Source: Camelus ferus (lineage: Eukaryota). Taken from it: a stretch of 64,000 nt of DNA. Numbering within the stretch: position 1 is the first letter of the stretch; each line of letters begins with the position of its first letter. Made by a program: the position numbers and the translations under genes. The notes below the pieces were generated by a model. It was not told the origin of the DNA. It ran no database searches and saw nothing but the letters and a program-made list of their open reading frames with translations. This document shows positions 23,935-37,030 of this stretch, piece by piece. The stretch lies in assembly GCF_009834535.1 (NCBI RefSeq), contig NC_045696.1, forward strand, positions 103,418,001 to 103,482,000, written 5' to 3'.

Positions 23935-24602
23935 TTGGAAATGCATCCAAAATCAGACAATTTCTCACAGCCTCCACTGCTCCCAACCTTGCCAAGACAC
24001 TACTTCCACTCATCTGGACTCTAACACCCTCCAAACTAGCTCCCCTGGTTCCCCCTATAGTCAAGTCTCAAAAAGCAGCCTAAGTGATCCTTTAAAAATT
24101 TTTGAGTGAGATGATGTTACTCTCTGCTTAAGAACCTCCATCTTGGTCACTATGAAAGTCAAAGAACTCAACAAAGGCCTCTAAGACCTGCAAAACTGGT
24201 CCTCCTTTAACTCCCTGACCTCAGTCCCCTACTATTCTCTCCCCACTTACTCCACCCAGCCCCTCTGGCTTCCTTGATGAACCTTGAACACACTGGACAT
24301 GGTAAGCCTCAGGGCCTTTACACCTACTGCTGGACAGTTCCATGGCTAGTTCCTTCCTCTTCAGGTCTTCCCTCAACATTCCCTTTCAATGAAGCCTTCC
24401 CAAACCACCCTGCTTAAAACTGCAACCCTCTGAACTCTCCCTACCACCCTTCTCTGTATTACTTTCCTCCACAGCACTAACTACATTCTAATACACCACT
24501 GGATTATAAAAATTCCATGAAATTTCTCATTTGTTCATGGATAGAAATTAGAAGAGTGCATGACACAAAAAAGGCCCTCAAAATATATTTGTTGAATAAA
24601 TT
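23935..24602 (+). mobile_element. L2 LINE 3' portion
   Basis: catccaaaatcagacaatttctcacagcctccactgct...cctcagggcctttacacctactgc...atatttgttgaataaa. Confidence 0.75.
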
Positions 24603-25403
24603 ATTAACAGGACTGCAGCTAGCAAGGAGTAGGGCAGGGAACTACTGTTTTTACCATAGACCTTTCTTTACTATTTGGTTTTTAAACCATGGATTATACT
24701 CTCACAAAAACATCTATGAGTTATTCAAATAGTAAGCGGGAAAGAGCTTCAGGAAGGTAGCCAGTAGAAGATGTGGGATCAAGAAGTTTCTGACTTCGAG
24801 ATAGGAGACAGTTGAGGATGTCTGCATGTTGACAAAAGGATCCAATAAAGGCATGATGCTAAACATACGTGAGAAGGACCTGTAATCAGAAAATGTTCCT
24901 GAGACAGTGAGAGGGGATGATGCAAAGCATGACAGGGACAGGGGGCCTCAGGTGAGATAAGGGCAGCTCCCTTGGTCAGAACAGGAGGATGTCAGACAAT
25001 GGCTGCAACTGAAGGTGTGTTTCACTGGTAGTGAGAAAACAGAGGGAGTTTCCACCAAGTGTTTCTGTTTGCTCTTGAAGGAGGAAACCAGGTTACGTGA
25101 AGAAAGTGAGTTAAGGGGAAAAAGGAGCTATAGGCTTGAGTAGAGGTTGGCAATAATCCCTTCAAAGAATTATCCAGGGAAATCCAGGGTTTGCCAGGGA
25201 GTGGATCAGGTCCATTTGAGGGAGGTGTTCAAGTACTCACAAAGCTAATCAGTCCTCCAGATCAGGTGCAAAGGAAGAGCTCCATCCAGGAATTAAATGG
25301 TTTCGAGTAAGAGCATCATATGGCCCCATCCATTTGCAAGTTTATGACAAAGGGACTGGGAGGCAAGGGGTTTTAGAGTACTGGCAAAATTAAAAATGAA
25401 ATG

Positions 25404-25529
25404 GGGGGGGTATAGCTCAGGTGGCAGAGTGCATGCTTAGCATGCATGAGGTCCTGAGTTCAATCCCCAGTACCTCCTATAAAAAATAAATAAGTAGACC
25501 TAATTACCATCCCTCTCTAAAAAAAAAAA
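25404..25529 (+). mobile_element. Camelid tRNA-derived SINE (Vic-1-like) with 12-bp TSD
   Basis: gggtatagctcag...gagttcaatccccagtacctcc...cctaattacc...A-tail; TSD aaaaatgaaatg at 25392-25403 and 25525-25536. Confidence 0.9.
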
Positions 25530-26358
25530 TGAAATGAAAAACTATGGGACTGATAAGCTTGACAAGAAGGGAAGCTGGGGGTGAGTCAGGGAGCTGGGAT
25601 AAAACAAAAGGGTCAGTGAACAGGAAGTCCCAATGAGGTAGAAGAACAGCGAGGGCAAGTGAAACAAGGAAAGGAGAAGGTCATCTTAGGGTAGCCCCAT
25701 CAGCGATCTTGGCAATGGAGTCCCACACGTTCTCAGGGCAACCGCAGGTGAGGGTGGCTGAGGAAGAGCTGAGGCAATCAAGAACCAAGAGGTCAGGACA
25801 CTGATGATTATTTGTGTGAATGTTAATACCACGGAGTTAAGCCAAGCAAACCAGAAGGGAAAACTGGGCCAGGATGGCTATTATAAGCCAGTTAACTCCA
25901 AAAAACTCACAACTGATAAAGACATTTTTTTAAAAATGATAACCACCATTCTTTGCACCCACCACCACAAACACTAAATTGGATCTAAAGACCCAAATAC
26001 TTAGAGGCATTATTTTATAATATAGTTTTGCTCTATTAGTCAAGTACTTTTCATTTCAATGCAGATATAAATGTTATGTCTCAATGAGCTTACTCATGTA
26101 ATTATTACAGGAAAAAAACCAAATCAATTGCCCATTAGGTTTAGGCCCCTGTGCTTTCCGTAAGTTAGAATATTCTCATGACTAATCATAAATCCTACTT
26201 GCCAAGTCCTTGGTTGACTGTGTTTTAATAGAAAGAGAGAGAGAGAGAAAAGATAAAATGGACTCTTAAGAATAATGTTTCTAAGAAGTAATCGTAAGTT
26301 GGTACTGGTTTCTTTAATAACTAAAATCTTTCACCTTACTCTAAGAAAACATACTTAC

Positions 26359-26466
26359 GCTTTAGAAACTTCTTAAGGTCATCAATGTACCCTTTATAGG
26401 ACTGTGGATCAGACCTGCTGAATGAATAATCCAAAGCAGTCACTGGTTTTGGAAAAACCATAAGTC
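26359..26466 (-). CDS. ATP1B3: ATP1B3 coding exon 3 ([35 protein letters not shown])
   Basis: Acceptor tttatag|GA, donor AGC|GTAAGT; 108 nt; in phase. Confidence 0.97.
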
Positions 26467-28168
26467 CTATAAAGAGATAAAAGAAAAGAGGGGAAATTAA
26501 CTGTAGCAAATTCCTTTCTTCCTTTCTCCTTACTCTTATCTCTAAAAGGGACGATCTCAGTAAATTATGTGAAAATTGTGTTCACAAGTAGGTTGAAATT
26601 ATCGTGAACTTCCAACTTCTGACTTATGAACTACAGACATCTAAAATGAAGAATGCCAAATCTTCAAAATCACCTCATTACCAGTTAGAAACCTCCTCTC
26701 AATCTGATTATCTACAGTTAATTGGAACTGCCCTGTTCCGTACTTTAAAAGATGCAAATTTTACTTTGTACATTCATTTTTCTAACACACATTTTAAGGT
26801 TATGTCTGAAAAAAAAAATCCTAAAATTTTCCCTAGCCTCAACATTTTCCATGTAGCAAAGTTATTACAGAGATCACCCTTGCATTGACTTTAAAAATAA
26901 ATAACAAGTGTTGGTTTAGTTTTCATTAAAATTGCTGGTCACAGACCTCTAATTCATTTTCAGTGAGATCCAGATTCTTTCAGATCCTAAATACTTGCCT
27001 GTGTTATCTGCATGGCTCTTGAGTTAAACTAGGTCGGGTGCTACCCAACAATGGCAGAGCAAATCTTATTTACTCTACATGCAGCACAGAGGAGCTCCAA
27101 TTAAATTCCCCAGTCCACCACTTCTACATGCCACATCACTTGGTTTGGATGATCCCATATGGCTATTTTTCCTTACCACTCTACCTACTGCAAAATCAGT
27201 GGTAACTTTCTAATTTTTTAAAAAAATGTTCAATGTAGGAATAAAACCTGACCATCCAGCATACGGAGCAACCATCTGTGCATGTCTGAAACTGTTTTCA
27301 TTGTTAAGGTTTTATAGCAGAAACAAGACAAAATATACTGTAAGTAAAAAAGTAACAGAATCAAGGCAGCTTACACAACTGTACAAAGACATCTAACTTT
27401 AAGAAAATCCAACTTTTTATAAAACAACCAGATGTAAACTAAAGAAATTTTTAAAGAAAAATATAAAATTATCTATAAATGTTCTATAAAATGTTCTATA
27501 AATGAAGATTACATTCCTTAAGGGATAAATTTCCATGGGAATTTTTAAATGACTCAATTTACAAAAACCTTTGTAGATTTGAATGTCTAAAACTGAGTTT
27601 CTGATACAAGGCACTTCTTAGACCTTGCCTAGCTAGCAATGCTCTTGGAGCCTTAGTTCCTGGTATTTAACAGCCTGCATGAAACTCTTAAGTAAAAAAC
27701 CACAGCAGGAGTGTGCAGTACAGCTGCATTTTTGACACAGTACACTTCATTCCTCCAAATAAAGTCTTGGCTTACCCAAAACCATGAACATCAACCGAAT
27801 GTGAAGACTACAATAACTCTTACCTCTTCACAGCGTGCATGTGCATGTGTATGTGTGTGTCCACGGGGGCGGGGCGGACAGCATATTTATGTGATATGTA
27901 TGTATATGTTAATATGCATGCCAATTTCAAACTAGCATTTATTTTACTGGGCACAAACACATTATTGAAATGATGCCATTTAAAAATAAAACTAATATGG
28001 CCATTGTTTAAAAAAGAAAAGAAAACCTTAGAAAATAGAAGTAGAAAGAAAATTTTAAATTACCCATAATCCCTTTATGAAGAGAAAATCATTTTTGACA
28101 AACTAGTGTATATTCATCTAATATATAATATGAATGTGTGTGCATCTATATTTATTTAAACTAGTAAG

Positions 28169-28313
28169 GTTTTTGTTTTTGTTCATTTTTTTTGGAGGGA
28201 GAGGGCTCATCAGGTTTACTTATTTATTTTATTGATGGAGGTACTGAGGATTGAACCCAGGACCTTGTGCATGCTAGGCACGTCCCCTGCTACTGAGCTG
28301 TATCCCTTTCCCC
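28169..28313 (-). mobile_element. Camelid tRNA-derived SINE (Vic-1-like)
   Basis: Reverse-complement copy: ggaggtactgaggattgaacccaggacc...ctgagctgtatccc. Confidence 0.85.
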
Positions 28314-28768
28314 TTATGATAAGTTTTTAAGTACTACAATATACTTGGTGAATAATTTTAAGGAACTCAGTTTAAAACTATACACTTAAAAGTACACTGA
28401 ACACATTTTACTGCTTGTATCATTCATGTAATTAGAAACAGTTTAATATTTCTGAAATAGATCAGATTATATTCAATGGTAATATAGTCACATAACTTAG
28501 GCAGCAAGAGGAATAATTATCTTAGAATTCGTCTAGGTAGAAAGAAAACAGGACTCCAATGAGACAAGGGAAATATTAGCATGGAGCTAGTCTCTGATAC
28601 ATGGTCAAGTAGACTGAAGGAGTTATTCATGATATTTAGATAAATACTAGCTGCAAACAAAGGAAAAGCCGTGAGAACAAACTACTCTAAGAACATGGGT
28701 TGGGGAAACTGGTGCACTTGGGCTGCTAATGTGGCTGAGAAGTCCGTGCAGTGAGCAAGGCTCTAGAT

Positions 28769-28972
28769 CAGGGTTTCTTAGGCGTGGCCCTCAGGACACT
28801 TTGGAGTGGATGATTCTTGGCTGGGATGGGGGTTGTCCCGGGCACGGTAGGCATGCTTAGCAACACCGCTGGCCTCTACTCAGTAGCACCTCTGCAGTTG
28901 TGACAATCAAAGACACCTCCAAACGCTGCTGAAGGCCCTTAGGGGCAAATTACAGCTGGATGAGAACCACTG
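28769..28972 (+). mobile_element. MER20 (hAT-Charlie MITE)
   Basis: cagggtttct...gataattct-like...ggcctctac...agttgtgacaatcaaag...ggggcaaat...tgagaaccactg. Confidence 0.8.
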
Positions 28973-29641
28973 GTCCACACAGGAGCCCCCTGCGGACACC
29001 CACCTTCCCTGGCTGCACGATCACCCTGCCAAATTGCACTCCTCCACAAGAGCCTTCCGCTCGCTATCATCTCTGCAAGCTGTTCACGTTTTTGGGAATC
29101 AGATACACAGGTGTTCTGCACATTATTGTTATCTTACTTCCATAAAACTTGCCAGCCCCTCAAGGATAAGAGCCGTGTCCAACAATGAAGGCAAAGCTGG
29201 CATTCAAAGAATAAAACCAGGAGGGAGAGAATGTGATTTAAACAAGTGTTTCAGTTAAGATTTTTTCTGTACTAAAGTATATTCTCCAGTATCCTGGAGG
29301 GTTTTTTTTTCTCTTACTACAATCAAAAGAGAATAATTAAAATATTGAGGATACTCATTTTATTCTCTACTGATACATCACTATTTAATACTTCTTATCA
29401 TTTCCATACTAAGCAATTAAAATCATGAAGCATGTGTATTTTATAAGATCAATGCTCTAACCCAAGCTAGAGCTGAAATATATACTTTATAAGTAAATTA
29501 CTCAGGGCAAAGTAATCTGCTACACAATATTCATAAATGCCACTCATAACTATAACTATATTTGTCAATCTGGCTTCACTTTAATTCTCAATATTCATTT
29601 CTGCTTACCTGGAAAAGAACTCAAGACTTATCAGCCATGTT

Positions 29642-29724
29642 TTTGTATCAGTATGTAAATATTAAAGGTCTTTACATCAGTGTGTAAATATGAAAGCTCT
29701 TTATATCAGTATGTAAATATTAAA
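29642..29724. repeat. 29-bp tandem repeat, about 2.9 copies, in ATP1B3 intron 2
   Basis: Units tttgtatcagtatgtaaatattaaaggtc / tttacatcagtgtgtaaatatgaaagctc / tttatatcagtatgtaaatattaaa. Confidence 0.9.
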
Positions 29725-29853
29725 CAAAATCAAAACTTTCACATTATCTAATCCTATAGTTTAACATCTTTTATCTGCTATATAATAGACATATGGAGAA
29801 GATAAAGTATAATCTAATTTTGTTAAAAGCCACAATAATCACAACATGATTAC

Positions 29854-29982
29854 CTGGACTAGGAATCTGGTCACGGTATTTTGGAACCTCATCATTCAGA
29901 GTCTGAAGCATAACCCACATTGTGAATGAAAAGAGTGCAGCCAGGAACCCATAAAAGACTAGGTAGAAGAGCAAGATCAAAC
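29854..29982 (-). CDS. ATP1B3: ATP1B3 coding exon 2 (transmembrane helix; [42 protein letters not shown])
   Basis: Acceptor ttttacag|GT, donor CAG|GTAATC; 129 nt; visible in ORF 29771..29980. Confidence 0.98.
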
Positions 29983-31589
29983 CTGTAAAAGAAAATGAAA
30001 GTCATAAAATTTGGAGATGTACACGTTGCATGTGTCGGGTGAGGGGGCCAGGTTAAAAAAACAAACCAGCCATTGCAAGGCTAGGATTCCAAGCTCTGCC
30101 ATGCACACAGCCAAGCATCTTCATATTCAGACCGATATAAATTTGTCCAAGCAAGGGGTATTTCAGCAGGCAGCACCCCCCCATCCGGTGACCCCCTCCT
30201 CTCCTGATGCTTGAGAGTACAAGCAGTTTCCACAGATCATTCTGATTCAAGGTCACAGCTTTAAAATTCCAGCATATAAGGATGTGTTTCCCAAAATGGG
30301 CTATGTCCTCTAGAAAGGTAAAGGATGATTTTAGGTTGGACAAAACTCCCAATATGTATATGTCCTTTTAAGCAACAAACAGAAAAGAATTAGCACATCA
30401 ACCCCACATTTCACACAGTAATTATCTGCATAAATTGGGTTTTAAAAAGTGAGTTGGTTTAAAGACTAGCCAGGAAATGTACAGAGAAGGCAAATCATGA
30501 AGATGGTATTCAATGAGTAAAGTTTAGGAAACACTGGTTGAATGGAAGCCTCATGCAAAAATAAAGAGAGGACAAGACCAGAAACAAGCCCCCGACCCAA
30601 CGGGACCTCGCAATTCCACTGCTGAGCACAAAGCAAGAGCTGGCAGACGCAAGTTTCAACATCGAGGGCTTAACTTTTTTTCCCTTCACAATCTGGAAAC
30701 ACTAAGATCTATCCTAAGCCACTGATTTATTTTGAGAACATCTAGAATTATTTTTCTCAAATGTCTATATTCAAAGTTCTAACATCACAAGTGGTCACCA
30801 TCTAGATTATACTAGGATACACTGTTAAAGTCACACATTTATAGTTGAACGTTTAAAAACTGATCAAATAATGTTAAATCCCCAGGGACAGCAATAGTAA
30901 AGAACACTTAATTCCCCAGAGATCAGCTTTATTTTCCAGTCTTAACAACCTGTCATTAATATTCGTTTGCCTCACTCGCTTCCTAGCAGAGGGGCTAGAG
31001 CAGGGGTTCCTAACCTAGAACCTATGGACTCCCTTTTCACCCTCACCCCCCAGCCCCAGCAAGGACTAACTTAAGAGCTTCTAAGATTTCTGTAATGATA
31101 CATTTCTGAATATATCCCTTTTTCTTCTGGAGAGTGGCTCTACAACATTCTTCTGATGCTCAGAAGACCCCGTGATCCCAAACAGATTGCACCAAAAGCT
31201 AAATAACTTCATTTCTTAACTGCAGGCCAGGAAACTGCCTCCCCTCTTTTTAAATAAAGAGGTAACAGTTAAAGCAATTTCAATTTAATTTAGACTAGCA
31301 TTCCCCGTCCTCCCCCTGCCCCAATTACCAGAAGGCCAAAATAGGGAGCAAAAGGACAGAAGGAAGAAAGGCACTCAGCACGGCACCTCCAGACAGCATC
31401 ACTTCCCTGCCACAGCAGGGGTCCTGCTGCAGAAAAACAAAGGAAGACCAATCTCAAAGAAGTGATCAGTTTACTACAGAGGGAATGAAATACGTGCAAA
31501 CCTCAAAGGCGGGTTTAATGAGATACAGGAGGAAAATGATTCTTTCAGATCTGGATATTTGTAGGAAACCAATGGGTAAAATGCTCCAT

Positions 31590-31703
31590 ACAGCAGACCA
31601 TGGCTGACAAATACATAAATGTAACGAGTGGGGGCTGTGCTCCAATAAAACCTCACTTACAAAAACAGGCAGATTGAGGCCACAGCAGTTTATCAACCAA
31701 TGC
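31590..31703. mobile_element. MER58A fragment
   Basis: ggctgtgctccaataaaacctcacttacaaaaacaggcag. Confidence 0.65.
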
Positions 31704-33319
31704 AAGAGATTTTGAACTGGAGAAGTTTAAAACAAAAGTACTAAAAGTTAAATTATTTGGCAGTGTTTTTAGGTCATCTCAAAATATTCTTATTACTTTC
31801 AACTTTGATTTTAAATTTCTAGGAAAAATAATATAAGTGAAATTTATAAAAATGGTTACAGAGCAAATGAATGTATAGCAGACAGGAACAAGCTGTATCC
31901 AAATATGCTTTCTAAAGAACCATCACACAATGAAGAAAGTGTTAAAACTTCCTATGAAGAGTTTCATTCACAAAACAGATACACAAATTAACAGCCATGT
32001 CCCAAACCTGCCTCCACGCACTAAGTGGCTATAAAGTCAGTTTTGAATGTAGAGTGTACAAACTAGTAAATAGTGATTTCCATTGAAAAGATTTACCTAC
32101 TTGCTAACATCCTTCTGCCAAGACCCCAATTAAACACTTTAAAATTAAAATTAATCTCACTTAATAATATCATATATGAAATACTACTCACAAGGGTGGC
32201 AGTACTTTATCAACTTAACCTCCTTTTCCCTAGTAAGAAAAAAATACGGGAAAATTTTTAAAAAGTTGTAAATGGCTGGCCTCATACAGGGGTAAACCGG
32301 CATTCAGTGACTCAGATGCAGATCTGCTAATGGGCTTAACACGATGAAGGGATGAAACTGGGGGTGCCCTGGCTCAGCAGTGGGTAGTGCAGACGGGACC
32401 TGTTCAGTGTGCCACATCTGCCTCACTGCTCGTTAACGTGAGTGGGACACAAATGAAGCTTTAATAGCGCTCATTATGTTACTAATGTTCCCTAGCATAA
32501 AGCCCAAGCATTTTAAGTCATTCACCAACTAAAGAAACTAACATGGACTAAAATTCTGATGAAACATCAGTATTTTAAACAGTCTGAGGTCAACAGAATC
32601 ATAACCAAAAATGTTTACTCAAAATAAATACCAAAAAGTTGAGTGTAACTGGCATTCCACATCAACACGCTGCCATCCTAACAGTAACGCAACACAACTA
32701 ATGTTACCTCTATACTTTCACTCTGACATCTAAGGGCACATAATGGAGAGCAACTGTCAAAAGACTCCACCCTTGCCTGATGCAGGAACTGACCCTCCTC
32801 CTTTCTCCATTTCTGGTCCTTAAGAAGCCTCAATTCTTAACCGGCTTTTCCTCTCTCCCCCCTAGTTTGGAGGGGTCAGCTACAGGATAGACACCGCTGG
32901 AGGCCGCGCATCAGGGCGGTCACAACGGGCTGCGCAAGACTCAGGCTTAGGCTCAAATCCCAATGTGACTTGGGGCAAGTACCCCAATCTACTCCCACCT
33001 AGAAAAAAGGTCTAATAATACCTAACTGAGCAGTCACATTATAAAGGAAAATAAGAGATTTAAAGACATAAAAATGAAACTGTCCGGGGGTTGGGGGGAG
33101 TGGGGATCAACAACAAACTAGAAACACTGCTGCACTGATACTGCAACTAGGCTTTAAGGCTAAACCCCAGGTTTAATGCTTAACCTAGTCAATTGTATTT
33201 ACATTCTCAAAAAATGTTTTCGCAAATGAGATTTGATTCATGCAGACTCTATAAAGGAAACTAAGCAGCAAGAAATCTGGCCAAGGTTTAAGCTGTATCA
33301 CCCAGGGGAAGGAGAAATG

Positions 33320-33990
33320 GATCCTGTCCAAACCCCCAGCTTCAACCCTCAGTGGGCGCCCGACGATTTAGTTCATGCACCAACCACCTGGCGTAGCAGA
33401 GACCCCACTAGGGCTTGGTCCTCCACAAAAATGCCCTCACTTCAGATGACACCCAAACTTCTGACAAACTGGCTACCAATCTGGGAGGGTCCCATTACCC
33501 CCAGGGGTTTGATAATTCACTAGAATGACTCAGAACTCAGGAAAGACTACATTTAGGATGACAATTTTGTTACAGAGGATACATGTGAAGTGAGGTCTGG
33601 GAGGGAATGCAGTTTCTATACCCTCTCTTGGTGGAATGTGAGCACAACACCCTCCAAACACATCAATGTGTTCCCCAACCTGGACACTCCTCTAACCTTC
33701 AGCATTCAGAGTTTTTACTGGAGCTTAGTTGTGTCTGTCTGATTAAATCAATGAACTTTATTTCCAGCCCCTTCCCTGACCTCTTGGTCAGGCTAGCTTC
33801 AAGTCCCAACCCTCTAATCACATGATCAGTCTTTCTGGGGAATGGCCCCTGTGGAAGGTACCTATAGGCCCACCAGGTATTTATTAGCAAAATGAGATAT
33901 TCCTATTACTTCTAAGGGTCGCTCCCCACCTCACCAAAGCTCTCACCAGGAACATGAGACAAAGACAATACAAATTCTTCGCAACACCAG
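33320..33990 (-). mobile_element. MER21-family LTR (ERVL) remnant
   Basis: tgccctcacttcagatg...cttctgacaaactggcta...tttgataattcactagaatgactcagaactcaggaaag. Confidence 0.7.
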
Positions 33991-34304
33991 CACACATCTA
34001 GACAAAGGGCAGTCCTCATGCTTCACTGGGCTGGACACACCTAGCTCAAGATGCTCTGAGACCCTGTAATCTGACTCCTTACTTCTGCAACCTTCCTAGT
34101 TACCTGAGATCACCTAGAAACTAGAAAGACTGCACCTCTCCTCAGAGAATTCTGGTAAGAAACTATTCCCCCTTGGTAAATAAATATGCATTCTGTTTAC
34201 ACCTCAAAAAAAGAAATTAAAGCAGAGGCAGGTATGTTTTAAAAATCAATTATATGGACAAGTATAAGTTTAAAGTCCTTTGTATATTAAAATTTTTTAA
34301 AGGA

Positions 34305-35045
34305 AGTTTTTATTGAGGTGGAATTCACATTCAATTCACCTGTGAGTGGAAATGCTTGGTCATACGGTACCTCTCTGTAGCCTTTTAGGTTAAGTGACAG
34401 ACTGTTGTCCAAAGCAGCTGCAACATTCTACATTCCCACCAGCAGGATTCCAATTTCTCCACACCCTCACCAACACCTCTTATATTTTTCAGAAAGCCAT
34501 CCTACTGGGTGCGAAGTGCTATCTCACTGTGGCGTTTAATCTGCATTTCCCTAATGGCTAATGATGAGCATCTTTTCACGAGTTTATCGGCTCATCCAAA
34601 TGCTTGGCCCATTTTTATACTGGGTTATTTGTCTTTTCCTTTGAGTTCTAAGAGTTCTTTTATACTGACACAGGCCTCTTATCAGCTATATGATGTACAA
34701 TTATTTTCTCCCATCCTGTGGGCTGTCTTTTAATTTTCATGATAGTGTCCTTTAAAGCAGAAAAGTTCTTAATCTCAGTGAAGTCCAATTTATCTATTTT
34801 TTTTTTTTGCCTTAGTTGCTTGTGCTTTTGGTGTCATATAAGACACCACTGCCTAATCCAAACTCATGAAGACCTGCACCTGTTTCCATCTAAGAATGTT
34901 CAGTTTTAGCTCTTAAGATTGGATCTTTAGTCCATTTTGTGTTAATTTTTGTATACAGTATGAGGAAGGGGTTCAAGTTCATTGTTTTGCATATGGATAC
35001 CCTGTTGTCCCAGTATCATTTGTTTAAAAACCAGTTGTTTCTTAT
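34305..35045 (-). mobile_element. L1 ORF2 / 3' fragment (L1M)
   Basis: cattcccaccagca...tgcatttccctaatggctaatgatgagcatcttttca...catatggataccctgttgtcccagtatcatttgtt. Confidence 0.85.
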
Positions 35046-36099
35046 TGAAAGAATTTTCTTAATTAATATTTACTATAATTAAAAAGTGTGTGTGTATATA
35101 GGCACATACACATTTATATTTTTTTTAAATCATGGTATTATAAAAATATTAAACAAGATTTAAAAACTTGCCTAAGAATAACCTTCCAGTAAGAGAAATG
35201 CCCAGACCAGTACTTCTCCATGTGGTACCTTACCTGTCCTGCTTTCCCTGCGAGTCTCAAGCTGTTACCTTTTGTAATTAAAACTCCCATTCTCTGAAAA
35301 AATATCATTCACGCATTCTGTGTTACTCCAGGTGATCAAAATCTACATAGAATGAGATACCTGTTCCTTCTCTCCAAGAGTCTGGTTATCACAAGTGGCA
35401 GACATATAAATAATTACAGACATCGAGTACTAGAAAAAAAAGAAAGAATTAACTGTCTCTGGCAGAAAGAGGAAGGAAAGGGATTTCATCAGAGGACTCC
35501 CAGAAATAAGCGAGTTGGCTCAGCAAAGATGGAGAACAGGAGAGAGTTCTGGGTCAAATACTAGATGACTCCACAGCAGGAGCAGACAGATGCGTGTAAA
35601 TCTGACCCTACCTCTAATACACGTATGCCTCTGGTGCCCAGCACCTACTAACAGTAGCAACAGCGTCTGTTTTGAAGTGGGAGCAGGGAGCATGGGTGCT
35701 TGGAAGAAAAACTGGGCAAGGTCTCAGATGAGGTGCTGAAAACCTAAAGGAGCAGAGAGTCTCCATACTTAGACCAGCTCTTGGCGGCCTATGCCTCTTT
35801 TCTGAATGCTGTGATGGGAAAGTCTAAACGCGAAGAGGTGGCAGGTGCACAGAACCAATAATTATCAAACATTTGAGGAAAAAACTAATTAAATAAAGTG
35901 TCAAACACAACAAAGAAAGTAACGCCTGAAAAAAATGGGTTATAGCAGCATATAGAGCAAAGAGGGAGAAGTGTTAACTGTAGCTAAAATACAGAGTAGA
36001 AGCTGAAAGGGTAGTTTTTAAAAATCAGAGTTCCTATTCTTACTGTTGAAATAAAAAAACTTAGTAGATAAGCTGAACTGGAGAAAAATCAAACTAAAG

Positions 36100-37030
36100 A
36101 AAAATCCAGACACCTAAAACAAAAAGCAAACCAAAGACTGGGAAAATTTTTTGCGTAACATGTAATCAATAAAGGACTTGCATCTAGAGTACATAAAGAA
36201 CACTTACAACAAATTTCTAAGATGAGCAAAAGTTTTGAACAGAAACTTCAAAGATGTAAAGATTACAAAAAATAAAGCTCATGAAAAGGTACTCAACATC
36301 ACTAGTCATCAGTGACGGGCAAATCAAACCACTACATGTTCACAAGAATGCTAGGAATTCTAAAGACTGACCATACACCAAGTGATGGCCCAGGAGTGAA
36401 GCAACTGCAACTCTAATACACTGCTGGTAGGAATGTACCAAAACAAACGCTAAAACAACGACCCATTTTGGAAAACAGTTTGACAATTTTTTGAAAAGTC
36501 AGCAGTATACACCGATGATAGTATCCAGCCAATCCATTCATTCCTTGATATTTAACCAAGAAAAATGAAAGCACATGTTCAGAAGGAAAGGGATATGAAT
36601 ATTCATAAATGCTTTATTTATAATTACTAAAAACAGGAACAACCCAAAAGCACATCTACAGATGAATACATGCCTGGCATATCCATACACTAGAATACTA
36701 TTCATGAACTATTTCTCAACATAATCACGTTGAATTAAAGAACTCAGCTCCCTCAACCCCAAAGAGTACACGCTACATGATTCCAAGCATTTAAGTTTTC
36801 AGAAAACACAAACTAATTTAAAGTGTCAAAAACCAGATCTGTTTTTGCCTGAGGAAGTAGGGAAAGAGGAAATTCAGGGGGCGATGGATGTTTTGATTAT
36901 TTTGATTAGAGTGACAATTTCATGAGTACTGTATGTGTATGTATATAGGTTAAGTATTCATCAAAACTCAATTGTATGAATATGTGCAGTTTACTGTACA
37001 TCAATTATACCTCAATAAAGCTGTTTAAAA
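36100..37030 (+). mobile_element. L1ME/MD-type ORF2 end and 3'UTR
   Basis: atgaaaaggtactcaacatcactagtcatc...ctgctggtaggaatgta...atcaattatacctcaataaagctgtttaaaaa. Confidence 0.8.

Noticed and set aside
27471..27503. Three copies of tctataaatg(t), TATA-like
   Set aside because: A short slippage repeat in an AT-rich intron with no promoter context.
29642..29724. CRISPR-like array
   Set aside because: Units are directly adjacent with no spacers, and the context is eukaryotic.
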